Assembly (NCBI RefSeq): GCF_036321535.1
Contig: NC_087437.1
Coordinates: 54,252,001 to 54,316,000, forward strand
DNA: 64,000 nucleotides
DNA from: Camelus dromedarius
Taxonomy: Eukaryota
Direction of reading: 5' to 3'
Every line of letters begins with the position of its first letter. Positions within the stretch are counted from its first letter, which is position 1. Of the stretch, positions 24,467 through 38,049 are shown one piece after another. Below the pieces are notes generated by a model. The model made no database searches, was not told the origin of the DNA, and was given only the letters and a program-made list of their open reading frames with translations. The translations under genes were made by a program, and so were the position numbers.

Positions 24467-26299
24467 TAAGTAGAATTCAGCCCAGTATGATTATAAACCG
24501 TAAGCTGCTGGAGAGCAGAAATCTTATTTTATTCAAATTTGTGTCGTCTGCAGCACCAAGGAACAAGAGGTAGCTCAGTGACTATTATAAAATGATTGCA
24601 TTGGTCCAGTTTAGGTTCTATCCATTTAAACAAACCTAGACAAATGAACAAGGATCCAAATGACAGGACTGGAAATGCCTGATGTGTTGGAGTATTTCCT
24701 GAAGTGGAAAAGGCCAGTTCAGGCTCTGTGATCGCTTAGCGTGAAAATAGAGGACTCTGATATGATATTAATAATATTCTTCCATCACAAGAAAAAAAAA
24801 TCAAATGAGAAAGGCGAGTCTCTGCTAAGGAGATGGGTCTAGGCTGCCACCGAAGTTGAGTGGCTTAGACCTTAGGAACCAACTCCTGATGACCCTAAAT
24901 GGAACATTCTAGAATGGGGACCAAAGAAGTCCACAGAATCGTCTTCTCAAGAGAGGTTTAAGAAAGGATGAGATTACATATCGCTTTCCGTTCTTAACTG
25001 AAGAGGTTGGATAAAACTTCCACTATGAGCTGCAAAAAGAATTTTATTTTTTCAAGCTGGCAATGTGGTTGAGTTCCTGATTCTTTCTGGGGATTACAAA
25101 ACAATCCACTGTATGAGGTCCAGGCTATAAATTCAGTCTTGCAGATTGCTCAGAAGACAGTTTGAGAAAGCAAAAGGCAGATCGTCCAATCTGGCTGCTC
25201 CATGTGCCAGGAGATATTAATTTTGTCTGTTCTAATAACAAGAGCTGAGAAGCAGCAAACTCTAAACATGCAAGGAAAACAAAACAAAATAAGATGGTGG
25301 TTTGCCTTAATGAGAGGAGCTAAGAGGCAGCAGCTCCAGCACCAGGCTCGGTAAACTGGATACAAATCCTGCCAGCAGCAGATTTTAGCTGCAGCTGGGT
25401 GTGAGCACCAAAGTAGCTCCAGAAGCCGTGAGTCCCAGTGGACTCTCCAACATCTGCCCGGTGACCAATGAGGTCATCTCCTTTTCTGTGCTTTTCTGGA
25501 ATGGGTGAAGAAGGATATGAGAAGCCATTGAAAGAATTTGACAAGTTAAGATTTGCTGTTCTGTGGATCAGAAATTCTCAGAGTTGGAAAGGACATTTGC
25601 AGATCAAATAAACAGTCCAAACCTACTCCTATCTTCACATGAAGAAACTGACTTCCTAAGAAGTTATGCAGTATAACCCAGGGCACCCAACACCAACAGC
25701 CCAGGGTCAGCATTTTCTCCGTTCAAAGCAGGGCGCCTTTCTTCCTCCTTAAGAAACGGGCTTTTCTTCGACTTGTACCAGCTCCCTGCATAGCCAGCAG
25801 CCTAAGGAGCACATCTGCTAAGGTGTTTCATCCTCCATCATAGGCATGGCCCTGGATCAGCCCTGTTTGGTGGGTGATCATCCTCTACTCTGCCTGGAAC
25901 TCTTCTCTGGGTCTGAACCTCAGACGTTCCGGCCCTGGGATGCTATGACGTTTCTACCAAATGCCTCCTGGTAACCTCTGCTTGCTAGGCTAGCCATCAT
26001 CTTACCAGGGAAGCTTACATATGGCTGCTGTACGAAGGGCCAGCAGATTTCCCTGAGGGTGTCCCCCCCAACCTACTCACTGGCATGCTGCCTAAGAGTT
26101 CTCTAAGGCCAAAACCTTGGAGACCTGGGCTTCTCTCTGAGCCCCTGGACTCTGGGAATTTTGAGGGCATCTTCGTATCTTGCTTGTCACTTGGAAGATG
26201 CTCAGGAAATCGTAATAAATGAATAAGCCAACACTTAAAGGGAAACCTTTACAGACTAGAACTCAGAGGAGAGCAACCAGGACTGTGAAAATCTAAATA

Positions 26300-26520
26300 G
26301 GATAAAGGGTGGATTTAAAATGAGATCTCCAATTTGGAGAAGAAAATACCCACTGGGGAATGAATTGATCATCTTCTAACAGCCAAAGGGCTATCGTGGG
26401 GAAGATGAGGAATAGGAGAAGCTAACTATGTGGAGAATGACTTCAGATGAACAGAAGTCAGCATCTCGTCTTTAGTGAGGACCATCTCTTGATAGAAATT
26501 TGAAGGGAGGAGAGAATCAG
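26300..26520 (+). mobile_element. L3/CR1 LINE fragment
   Basis: TTGGAGAAGAAAA...GGGGAAT...ATCTTCTAACAGCCAAAGGGCTATCGTGGGGAAG...AGGACCA...GAAATTTGAAGGGAGG resembles the CR1 ORF2 3' end. Confidence 0.6.
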
Positions 26521-26849
26521 CGAGGAATGGAGCTTGGCCCATGGCTTCTAAGTCTAAGGAACCTTGGGCACCTTGGAATAGAGGACGTTTGGCAGCACTT
26601 TCTTTGGAGGAAACACTGAAGACAAGGGGTATGTATCTGCAGCGAGTTGATCTGGAGACAGAAAAATATTGAGTTCGAGGGTAGGACCAGCAAACTTGGC
26701 TCTCCTAAGATTCCTCTTTCTATAATAATAGCAATACTGGTTATTGAGTGCTGCTGTTTGCCAAGCACTGTATTATAACTTTGGCCTGACTGATGATAGT
26801 TCTGATACAGCAACAGTCAGGAAGCCCCGTTTCATACAAGTTCAACTTG

Positions 26850-27400
26850 AAAAAATAAAGGAAATTGATTTTTAAAAACATGCTGGCAAGGTTTCGGTGA
26901 AACTGGCACACTCATGCGTGGAACACAAATTGAATACAAATTGAAACAATCCTTGTGGAGAGCCATTTGGCAGTACTTTTCAAGAGCCATAAAACTCATC
27001 TAATAATCCCACTCAGAGGGATTTACCCTAAGGAAAATAACGCTAAAAAAGAAAAAAAAAAATTCTGTAGGTTCAAAGCCCTTTAAAATATCAAAACTTG
27101 GAAAAAGTCCAAATTCCCAACAATTTGGAAATGGTTAAATAATTTATGATATATTAACTCCATGGAAACTTATGTAGCCATTAAAATGATAAATGGGAGG
27201 ACTTTGTGGCAACTTGAAAGGCATATAACAAATAAGGTTAAAGGATAAGAGTGGAATGTGAAATTGTCCATGCACCCTGATTATAACTCTGGAAAAATAC
27301 TCATGGCTAGAAATTGAAAGGGACAACAGAGGAGTATAAAAGAGGTATTTTGTTTTATGACATTTTGTATATAACCATTGTTTGTATATTAAAAAAAAAA
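26850..27400 (+). mobile_element. L1ME-type 3' end
   Basis: TGCTGGCAAGG...AAACTGGCACACTCAT...CATTTGGCAGTA...TAATCCCACTC...ATTTACCCTAAGGAAA...AAATGGTTAAATAA...GCCATTAAAA. Confidence 0.85.
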
Positions 27401-27854
27401 AGGAAAGAAAACGAACTCTTGGCTCTAACTAAGGGAACTTGAGAATCATCACATGTAAATTAAAAAGCATCTTACAGATCCAAGGCTAGCACTCTCATTT
27501 TACAGTTAAAGAAACTGAAGTCCCAAGAAAAGGAGTTTGTCCACCTCACAACATTAGTGGCTGAGCTGGGTCTAGAGTAAGCTCAAGGAGAGAATCCTTG
27601 AATGGTTTACATTCCAGACTGGTAATTTGTGGAAACACTTGTAGTGAAAACGGCAAAAGGAAAAATAGGATTGCCTGTCATAAAAATTCCCAGATTGGAC
27701 AGTAACATCAGTCAGTTAAGACTATAACCTCATCCTCTATCTACTGAAGACTAGCTACTGTTCACTCATTAAGCATGTAATGAATCTGCAAAGGGAGGAT
27801 CTGTTTTTCTGCCTTTAAAGGCCATCTCATTACCACTTCCCGAGGTCAAGGTCT

Positions 27855-28130
27855 CGTCAATCATCCTGTAAACACTTTGTGGGCACCTGCTACGTCCCAG
27901 GCGATACAGTGGTGAGTAAGACAGGTAGCTCAGGATCTGACGGTGCTCTCCTTTTAGGATTGGAGACAGATGATTCACGTGCAAACATACAAATAAATGA
28001 TTTGATCCAGTAGTAAGTACAACTGAAAAAAAAAAAAAAGAACCTGGTTAGGGGACAAGTGTGGAGTGTGGAGGGTCATAAGCAAGGAGGTGACATCTGG
28101 TTTATATGTTTGAAAGGTCACTCCTTTATT
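27855..28130 (-). mobile_element. L2 3' end
   Basis: TCAATCATCC...GCACCTGCTACGTCCCAGGC...GATACAGTGGTGAGTAAGACAG. Confidence 0.7.
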
Positions 28131-28179
28131 TTTCTAGGACAATGACAAGAGCTCCCTCAGTGACAATCTCTTGTCTCTT

Positions 28180-28812
28180 CTTACTGTGGCCAAAGAGGTT
28201 TTAATAAAATGTAAATTTGATGTGATCCTGCTCCATCTGAAAACTTTCAAAAACTCCTTGTCACCCCCAAGACGGAGCTCAAGCAATAGGGACAGTTACT
28301 GAAAGCTTCAATCCAGACTCCCAGAGCATCATGTTGACCACCACCATAGCATACGCCCTGAACCCCACCTCTCACAGCCTCTCCAGGAGTCAGTGGGATG
28401 CTCTCTGCCCTCTCTTCTGAGCCTGGGCATTTACACAGGCTCCCCTCACTCTGTGATCTCCTTCCTCCCTCTTTCTTTAGAACTCCTTCCCTTCCTTTAT
28501 GGTTTTGCTTGAATCTCCCCTCTTCTTAAAAGTCTTCCCTGACTATTCCATGCAGAGCAGATTGGTCACTTCCTTCTATGTGCTCCTAACACGCTTTGTC
28601 CACACTTGCATTATAAAATATCACATCAAATCATAATTATTTGTGTGTGTATGTATGGTAAGCAGGGACCGTGTCTTCATTATGCTTTTCCACCCAGAGC
28701 CAAGCAAGGCTGGCCACTTAGTGTCAGTGGATATTTAGCAAATGAGTTGATCTATAGACCATTGGATGAAAGGATGGGTAAGTGGATGAATGAATTACTA
28801 AATGAATGAATA
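28180..28812 (+). mobile_element. L2 3' portion with (TGAA/TGGA)n tail
   Basis: TAAAATGTAAATTTGAT...AAGTCTTCCCTGACT...GCAGGGACCGTGTCTT...ATGAATGAAT. Confidence 0.8.
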
Positions 28813-29439
28813 CTCTCTATCCCCCTTAAAAGCAAGACAACTCCAGTCTGGTTTGTTGTCCGTGGAACAAAGAATCAAACTAGGTGATTCTAAAGCTTGC
28901 CTCCAGCTCTGAAGTTCCAGGTTCCAAGAGTCTATAAATCACAACTGGTTATCGCCACTGGAATTAGAAAGCCTTCTTGGCTTGAATGCTTGAGGACACT
29001 CAAAGGGCTCCCGGGTTCATGATTAAGGATCAGAAGGTCCGTGGAGCCCCACTGCACTGATAAATAAAGCCTGGGCGTGGGCTAGGTGTCCTCCTGTCCC
29101 AGTTGGCAACACTCATCATCCCCGATATACCTGCTGAGGGAAGAAGCCGCAAGCAAAACAGGTTCCCAGCCGGCTCAGCAGCAGCGCAGCCATACATTCC
29201 TGTAAATTTCCAGGGCGCGAGGGCCTGGGGGAGGTGGTGAGCGTGTGCCGCTAGTTACCCAGCTCCATGGGCTGTTTTTGTTTACCCCATAATAAGTGGG
29301 TGTGGTTGTCAGGATGGACGTGTGTAGATTTAGGTCAGAGGTGAAGACAGTAATCAGTCCTAACTCAGCTTTCGATGGAGGAGAAAAGAGGGAAGACACA
29401 CCTGTTGGGCTGGAGGAGAAGGTGACCTGGGATTCTATT

Positions 29440-30060
29440 TAAGCCAGAGAGCCTGTCTGGATGGCAGCCATGTGCTCAGCCCTCTGTTAGGGGCTGGGGT
29501 GAAGGCAGAGAAGGGTGGAATGGGTCCTGTTCTCAAGGAGTTTTGTGGGGGAGATCAGTGATGTACTTAAGCTGAGAGAAGTAAATTCTTTGGGGAGCAT
29601 AGAGGAAAGAAAGTCCATGTAGGGGAAGACTGGAGAAGGAAGGAGGAATACTTCACAAAGGAGGACGTGTATTTAACAGACAGAGATGGCATTGACCATG
29701 TCAGTCAGGAAGAGTGCTGGAAAAAGGTTATGGAGGGAGGGGCGTCAGGGCAGTGGAGAGAGGCAGGCAGTGGAGGGAGGCAGGCAGTGTGTTTGGCTAC
29801 AGTAAAGGTTCTTAAGGTAAGGAAGGGGGGGTTTCACCTTGCTGGAAGAGGTGGGGGGGAGGGGTCAGCCAGGTCTTAGACACTTGCCTCGTTATTTATT
29901 CAAGTAATATTTACCCAGTGCCAATTTTTGCCAGGCCCCATTGCTACCTATGAGTGCCAATCTCCAAGGTTTAGAATACACCCTGTAGGCAGTGGGGGCC
30001 CCTGGAAGAATCTGAGTGGAGATGAGGCAAACAGTATAAAGAAACTTGCTCTGACCATTT
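29440..30060 (-). mobile_element. L2 fragments
   Basis: GGTCCTGTTCTCAAGGAG, GGGAGCATAGAGGA, CTTCACAAAGGAGG and CCTGTAGGCAGTGGGG are antisense L2 motifs. Confidence 0.65.
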
Positions 30061-30257
30061 CCCTCTCTTGCCTACACAACCTCTGGCAGAAGTGTCTTGA
30101 GAGTGACATCACTCAAGCCTCATGGAGGGTTGAACACAGGACCTCTGTAATCCCTTCCTAGGAGATTCTGTGATCAATTTTCTATTTATAACCAACACAA
30201 GGCGTTTATAGAAACTATCAGGATAATATGTATGCGTGCTCACACATGTGTGTGCTG

Positions 30258-30303
30258 ATACACACACACACACACACACACACCACACATATACACACAC
30301 ACA
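30258..30303 (+). repeat. (CA)n microsatellite, imperfect
   Basis: Read directly from the sequence. Confidence 0.95.
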
Positions 30304-32859
30304 GCTTTGAGAAGTCTCCCGGAGCTAAAAAGATGTGATATAGAAGGCCAGATACAAAAGTACCTTTCTGGCAACAGTAACAGTGAGTGCTGAGGACCTC
30401 AGACTCTAGAATTGGTCTCATGAGAGATTTCCTTCTCTGAAAGGCAATAGAAATTTTAGCCCTCTGGTCACTCATGTGCAAACAGCAGGTTTCCAGGCCC
30501 AGGATCAAAGGCAGGAGAGAGATTGGGAAGAGGAAAAAAGACAAGTCAGAATTGGAAAGCATGGAAAAGAAAACACTTCTAAACCCAAAGAGCAGCTCAT
30601 TTTAAAGGGACTGAGTCCCGCCTTTCAGAAATGCAATCAGCATTAAAATCATTCATTTCCTTCTTCCCCTTCCTACACCGGGAGGGAGTTTACCATAAAC
30701 TAATTTGGAAGTTAAGTGAGTACAAACTTACTTTTGGAAGTACCCAAGGGGCAGGGATAGGAATGAATCAAGTTGCAAAACAGGCGACGCAAAGAAAGAT
30801 GCTAGGAATTTAAACCCGTCTGGTGGCTTTTTGTAAGGTTATTCTTGCTGATGTGGGGAGTTGTATGGTTCTTGGCTATTTCTGAAAAGTTCTCATTTTG
30901 ACTGGATGCTGCGGATTTCATTGATCCTTTACCCTGTGAACTGCCAGGGCCAGGGCTTTTATACAGAGGGGACTTTGATGACCTTTAAACAGTTTTGATA
31001 ATGGTGAGTTCCCAGGTTCTCTTCATAAAGGGGACGTTTCTCCTCCACCTCTGTCTCCCACTGTGCAGAAACTGTGTGTTGTAACAGTTAGACCGCTAAG
31101 AAGAGCCCTGGCCTCGGCCCCAGGACGTATGGGTTCTACGTCAAGCCTAACCCTGAGCAGCCACGAGACTGCAGCAGAGGCACGCACCCTCTCTGGGCCT
31201 TAGCTTTCTTTTATAAGAATCCAGGGAATTAAGCATGTTATTTTTGTGGTCCCTGCCAGAACCAATGAAGTGAACTATGAATTGAATTTATTCAGATGCG
31301 AAACTGGCCAATTCAATAAATCATATTCTTTTTATCCCCCTGATGTTCGTGAGGGAGAAATAAACGGTAAAACAGTAACTTCCCACATACCAGATACTAT
31401 GCTAATACGTTTATGTTTATTATTTCACTAGCCAGTGAACTGATATGCAGGATGAAATGATTCAACTAAACCATAACAGCTGTTCCAGTCGCCTGGTGGG
31501 GAGTGAGTACGGAAGCAACTCAATTTTCCACACCTTCCGCATTTCCACCCAGGAACCCAGAAAGTGAGTTTACAATCTTAATGATAATATTGAATATGAA
31601 TAGATCTTGAAGTATCTTATGAATTATCAAAGAAAGCTTAAATCATACCAGTGGATGATTTTAGTGTTTAGCAAAGTGTGTTGTAATTTACTATTTGGAA
31701 ACCAGGAATCAGTAAATGATACAGATAGTAATCAGATGAACCAGAATTTTCCATTGCCCAGAAAACCCCATTCCCTAGTCATCTTAGGTAAACAGGAATT
31801 TTCTACGGCATCAAAATAATAATAGCCTCTAAGGACTAGATTCTGGCAGTCTCAGGCTTGCCAACTGTCCGGCGACAGGGCAACTGCGGACTCACTGTCC
31901 ACTCCAGCTGGGCATTACTGGAACCTAATCAGACTCCACTTCAGAAACCATGGGCGGTGTTTCCATGGAGCTCTGCCAGGAAAGAGGTGATCTAAATCTT
32001 GCATGAGAGATGTACATCAATAGGGAGTTTTGCCTAGAACATTGTGACCTAAAAAATCATATTAAGGAACTCAGAATGCAGAGTCAGTTTCAGAGACACC
32101 AAGTGACCTTGTGTGAGGCACCTTGTAGATTGCCTTGCTAACTGGACTCCCCTAATGAGTGGTGACTGCCTTCGTGAATACCTGGGTCAGCAGCATGCCC
32201 CAGTCAGGGACAAACATTCCGATTTTCACTGCCCTATTTTTTAAAGGCAGACTGCTCCTTCTATTAATCATCTCACTGTTTGTTTGTTCTGGGAAGGCAA
32301 GCACTGATTCACAGAGGGAAATATCACCTAGTGGTTAGACTGGAACAGTTTCTTTGCTGTATCTTCTTTTGAAGATTCTGCCCATTTTATTTTTTTCAAA
32401 CCCCTTAAATAAAGATGCCTGTGATATATTTCTTGTGAAGTTTAGGGGCAGGAAGGATTTGGTCCCCTTCCCAATCCATACGTAGCTATTCTTCCTTTAC
32501 TGGATGAAAAAGACTGCATACTACAATGCATTTCCCTTTTTATCTAAGCTGCTGGGAAGCTCAAAATCACACAATATGTTTCATTAAAGTTATTCTGTTT
32601 CTGGATTTTCTTCCTCTTCCTCTTCCTCTTCTTTCATGGCCAGGTCTTAGTCTTCTATCTGTGTTTTGATGAGGCTGTTATCCCTCTATCTTAAAAGTTC
32701 CTTGGGTACTTTTTGGAAGTGCCATTCACATAAATTGATAATGGGGACTAATATGTTTCTGAGTGCCTTCCAGATGAGAAAATTTAGAAGATTGATGCTT
32801 ATTCTATGATGAAGTCTGAAATTTCACTTCTAACACAAATTAATCATTAATATTTAAAA

Positions 32860-33040
32860 GCTTATATATAGTAATAACTATGAACCTTTGCCGAGTCCTT
32901 ACCACTTAACAAGGCAAATGCCTTCACACATGTGCTCTCACTTGTAATTAATATTCGCACTTTATAGATGAGAAAAGTGAGGTTTAGGGAGATTAAGTGG
33001 CTTGCCAGAAGGCACGGAGTTTGCAGCTCCGGTCGTCTGA
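32860..33040 (-). mobile_element. MIR SINE
   Basis: CACTTTATAGATGAGAAAAGTGAGGTTTAGGGAGATTAAGTGGCTTGCC. Confidence 0.8.
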
Positions 33041-35051
33041 CCCTTAGCCAAGTCCTGTCCCCTTGGTCCCTGCCCCCCAGCAGGATCTTGTCTCTCACTG
33101 ACTTCTTTTTCACACCAGTGTTCTTCTCATTATCCTTACACGAGTTGAATTTTTTAATATGTCAATCAGATTGAAACAAAAGACCATCTTAGTGGTTATT
33201 TCTCTCGCTGAAATGGTCTGCAGAAAGTCTGGAGACCACTGATCTAAGGTCTAAAGACCTTAAAATGGTCCTTCTAGAAAATCTGAGTTCTTGCCCCTCA
33301 TCCCGGGGTTCCATGCTTCAGTCTAACTGACATGTGCAGCTCTGTTTGAGGTATAAAGGGGAAAATGGGGGCATGTGATCTCTAACTGCTTTTCTCTTCT
33401 AAATAATTCACGTCAAATACCTCTCCTACACTTCCCTAGTCCCCAAATGACACACAGAATGCCAAATCCACAGATGGTTGGGACAGTCAGAGAGAGGAAT
33501 GACTCATGGCTTCCTAGGGCTGATTGGTGTGGAGACACGATACCCTTTACCCTCAGAACCTCAGGGTCAAGGTGGTCCCCCAAATGGGTCAGTCAACCAA
33601 CCCGCTTGAATGTAGCTTTGTAAATAAGGTAAGAGCTACATTTGTATTTCCCTCCTGCTCAGGCCACCCCTCCACCACCAAGTGCAAAAGTTGAAAAGCT
33701 TTGAGATAGTTTGTCTAGAAGTCCCACTGCCTGTAGAACCTTCTGGGAGGCCAAGCACCATGAAAGAGGTGTGTATCTGACACCCTCCTGTCTGATGTCC
33801 TTCTCCAGGCTTGGCTGGAGCCAATTCTGGTTTCCCTTTAGGCCTCAGATCCTGCCCACAGTCTGGGGGCTGGAGGGGCTAATCTCAAAGGGCTCGAAAT
33901 GAGTCAGTTTCCACGCTCAGCTTCAGGCGTGTGGCTTCCTGAAGCACAGACGAGGAAGCTCTGAATTTCAAAGAGCAATTTTTTTTTTCTTTGCATACCA
34001 TATCTGGAACCGAAACCACCAATTCATTTCACTTAAGATCTCACACTACACTCAGATCATCAATAACATTCCAGAGATAAGATGCCCAGGCTTCATCAGC
34101 CTCGCTGTGCCGTCTCCGCCGCTTTCTTTTCTTTTGGTGTTGATGTTGTTGGCTTCTGCTTTGTCTCTTGTTTGGTCCTGATGACACAGAATCTGGCGAC
34201 CTTTGTGTTCTTCACAGGTGTTTATGAGAAGTTGGAGCCAAATACCTAAAACTGCTGGGGGTACAGCCCTGCCCATAGCTTTCTGCTCTCCTTTGCAAGT
34301 CAGCTTGGCTGTGTGAGGGTTAAGGTCCTAGATCCCATGTCTCAGTCCAGGGGGGCAGCTGGCTTTGCTGAGAGCTTCCATACCCAGAGGTACCAGGTCA
34401 TCTCATTAACCTGTGAAGGCAGTTAAAAGATGGAGTTAAAAGATGCGGAGAGATTCGTGAAAACCACCCTAAAGAAACAGGAAAGCAACGGAAAACGTAC
34501 ACATCCTCCTGATGCCAAATGGCACATCAGCCTGTTGGGGAAAGAAGGATTACTACCATTTATATGGTACCTTACGGTGTATAAACTGCTTTCACATCTT
34601 TTCTCTCTCTTGATTGTCACCAGAATTTACGAAATTAGCCAGACAAGCATCATCCTCCTCAGTTTAGAGAGAAGAGCTCCCATTGCTAATAAAATGGAAT
34701 GATGGCCCCATGCAGTGAGAGCGGAAAAGCCAGAGACCTCGGATGAGAAGCCAATTCTATTAATTCCAAGTCTAGTATTCTTGTAACTTCCATCTAGCCT
34801 TATATATAATATAATATTGCATCATAACCCATGACCTAATATTACACAGTCATTTGTTGACATTTTAAAATTTCAGGTTCTCATAGGTCAGGGTTAATGG
34901 CTGTTGGTCATTACTTTTGCAGAACCCTTCCAGGCCTCTGGTTTCTTCATTTTAAAAAGTAGAGGAAAGCATTAAATTCTGTGTTGCATTCAGTTCTAAC
35001 ATTTGGCGGGTCCCTGTGTCAAGGGTTACTAAACCCATGGAATTATCTAAA

Positions 35052-35316
35052 AATGCTGCCCAAAGGATTCACTGTGGAGCATCAGCTCAGGAGGACTGTA
35101 GTATTAAGTAAAAATGGTTACCATGGTCAAATAAGTTAGAAAAAAGCAGAATTATTAAAAATGAAACAGGTTGCTTTGCTCCGGCCCTTCTCAGAGCCTT
35201 TACATGCAAATCTATATGGGGAGGGGGGCTATGGATGTGGACCTTTCCTCTAAGTTGGCCCTAGAACATGGATCTCATGGAATTAGTATTACATGGAGTC
35301 CATTTTGATAAAGCTG
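35052..35316. mobile_element. MER103C-like hAT-Charlie element
   Basis: CCATGGTCAAATAAGTTAG...AAACAGGTTGCTTTGCT...CTTCTCAGAGCCTTTACATGCAAAT, with imperfect inverted ends (CCCAAAG.../...TTTGATAAAGCTG). Confidence 0.8.
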
Positions 35317-36669
35317 GACATCCTCTGATGATCCTATTGGTTTTTGAAAACAGCATCACAGATTCCAAGAGAAATTCTACAACCACTCCAGCACCCTCTC
35401 CACCACATCCCGTATCAGTGCTGTACTTGCTAGGCCATGGAGGGTGGTCCTCCAAGCTGGGTGCAACGCAGCACTGAGCAGCCCCGCTGCACAATCTGGA
35501 TCACATCACTGCAGCCACAGAAGTCTTCGTGCTGAAAAAATATTCCACAGTCCATCCGAAAGCAAGGGCTTCCACATGTTGCCTGGAAAGAGGACTGGAG
35601 GCACGTCTCCTTTTATTGCCTTGGAAATTTACTCCCCTTTCATTTCCCTGAAAGCAGAATCCCATCATTCCTTCACTATGGGAGAAGAAAGGTGAGGCCG
35701 CCCGCAGAGTTTCCATTCTGCTTATCGCCATCCTGACTTCTGTGGCTCTTCAGCATTCTTCCTCTTTGGAGAAAGGAATTTCAGCCTCTCAGGGAGCCTC
35801 TTGGGGGACAGCAGAGCCCAAGGGGCTTTATCCGGTCTGCAGCCCCTCTTGGCTTACCTCTACCCTTCAGCATCTCTTCCCCAGCCCCTGGAGGACAGCT
35901 TCTAGAATGAGGCACTCTCTTCTCAGAGGCAGCCCGGTTCCATGTTTTAAGAGTTGAGATTGCTCGAAAGTTCTAAACCACACTCTGTCTCATGGGAACT
36001 TCCTCCTCTGATTGGCTCCAGACAAGTCTGATCCTGCTTCCACAAGCATGCAGTGTGAGGCTGCCAACCTCCCAGGTGACTCTACTTGTCTTAAATACAT
36101 ATCTTGAAAGTCCCACGAGCAGCATGTACTTCCGTTCTCCAGCCCAACCTTCTACCATCTCTTCCCACCTTCCTTGCTCTGGAGGAAGTCTTCGTGGTGC
36201 CAAAGATAAGATTTAACCCATTTGACTGGGGATCCTCCACTCTGAGCATAGACTTCCTGCTCTGGGTTGAGGTCAGCAAATGCCATCTTCAGGTTTAGTG
36301 TCCTGTTTCTGCTTTTGACCTCAGTTTGTGCTTGGTTTAAAGATTGCTAGTTATGTGATAGATTGAGAAAAATTATCTTTAGCTCTAGAATGATATGAAA
36401 CACTCTAATGCTGAACTATGCAAAGGAAACTTCAGGCTGAAAGAAGGCATACAGGCAAACACATTTAAAATGGCCTTGGGACTTCTGTTTTATTTGCAAA
36501 AAGAAAAGAATTCTCATTATCCCCTCAACTTAGGGAGATGTTCTGCAATCTTTATCAACTACCTAGGTAGTGCTTTAAGATTTTACATGAAGATTTCACA
36601 TTCATTATCTTATTTATCCCCATAACAACCATTTCACGCCAGATACCATTGTATCATGTCATTGTACTT

Positions 36670-36860
36670 TATGGGAGCACTGTGGTTATGGGCTAGAGTT
36701 TGAATCTTTTGTTCGAACCCTGGACTGTGATCCAAAAGTCCTGGGTTCTAACCCCTGTGTGACCTGTGGCAAGTCACTTTCTCTCTTTGGCCTTCAGTCT
36801 TTCCATCTATAAAACAGAAGAGGTGTGAGGTGAACTATATGAGTTTCAAGAACCCTAACA
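36670..36860 (+). mobile_element. MIR SINE
   Basis: CCTGGGTTCTAACCCCTGTGTGACCTGTGGCAAGTCACTT...CCATCTATAAAA. Confidence 0.8.
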
Positions 36861-37606
36861 CTGGTCAGCCTCTTGCAACTGCTTGTCCTTGTTCACAACG
36901 TGACCAGAGAGACAAAACAGCCAGATCCAGGAGGACAAACTTCCCCCCACTGTTTGCCACACTGATGTTAAGTGAGAAATATTATCTCATTAGCTTTACA
37001 TCTAAGAGTACGACCTACCCGTAATCATTCATGACGGTTGGCGCAGTGACAATTATCTTTTTAATGTAGAAATCCTGCTTGGTTCAAGTAAAGAAATTTT
37101 TGAGAGAAAGTTCAAGTTTTGAAACTGCTAATGCCTTCCTGCGATGGTGGGTGGGACGCGGTGGGGGTGGGGAACAGTCAGCCAGACAGTTCATCTTAGG
37201 GGTAACCTCTCTGGTTTATGTAAAATATATGACTCAAAGCAAATTCATTCTTGTAGGCTGCCATGCCTGCAGGAGGACGAAGCCACACTCAGAGGAGATG
37301 AGCCCTTTGTACGATTAATCAGCTACATCTCTGTGTTGTATGCTGTGATGTCTAATTTCCAGAGGAAAGAGCATTTTCAGACCACATAAATGATGATGCT
37401 TTTGGAAAAAAAAAAAAGCAGCAGAAAGGAAAACCCACCTCTCCTAAATGTAAAGATTTCGATATGAACTCGCCTATTGTTTGTATTTCGCACCCACGGT
37501 CTTGATGCCTATTATCTCTGAAATCATTTCAGTTTCCAAAATCACTTGAAACACTCCTACACCCGGGGCTTTTGATAAACAGTCCAGCTTCTACAGAGAG
37601 AAACAA

Positions 37607-37608
<2 letters not shown>

Positions 37609-37637
<29 letters not shown>
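37609..37637 (+). repeat. (TG)n microsatellite
   Basis: Perfect TG run of about 14 units. Confidence 0.97.
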
Positions 37638-37844
37638 CTGAGACCGAGAGACAGAGTTGGGGGAGAAGGGGAGGGAGAAAGTGAGAGCACGCTGGTGAGC
37701 GGCACAGCCCAGACACCTGCGAAGACCCGAGTAGGTTTCGCTGTAACATACAAAGAAGTCCTGTGAGCGTGGGTCTTCCCTTCCATGGATAGCTCTCTTG
37801 AGACTGCAAGAAACTTTGGGGTAATTTTACTATGACACTAAGAA

Positions 37845-38010
37845 TAAAAATAATGATTAATGTTTTTGAGCACTTACAATGTTCCAGGAACTTTTCTGAG
37901 AGCTTTAAGACATAAGAAATCACATATTACTCACAACAAGTCTATGAGGTTGATACTATTATTATCACATTCTACAGATGAAAAAAAAAAGAATCTCAGA
38001 GAAGTAAGTT
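37845..38010 (-). mobile_element. MIR SINE
   Basis: TTGAGCACTTACAATGTTCCAGG...CTCACAACAAGTCTATGAGGT...ATTCTACAGATGA. Confidence 0.85.
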
Positions 38011-38049
38011 CCCAATCTCTGGTTTTATTAATGCTGAATTAAAATCTCG

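Noticed and set aside
37712..37723. 12-mer ACACCTGCGAAG shared with the minus strand at ~18816-18827
   Set aside because: Many 12-mer matches are expected by chance in a 64-kb self-comparison.
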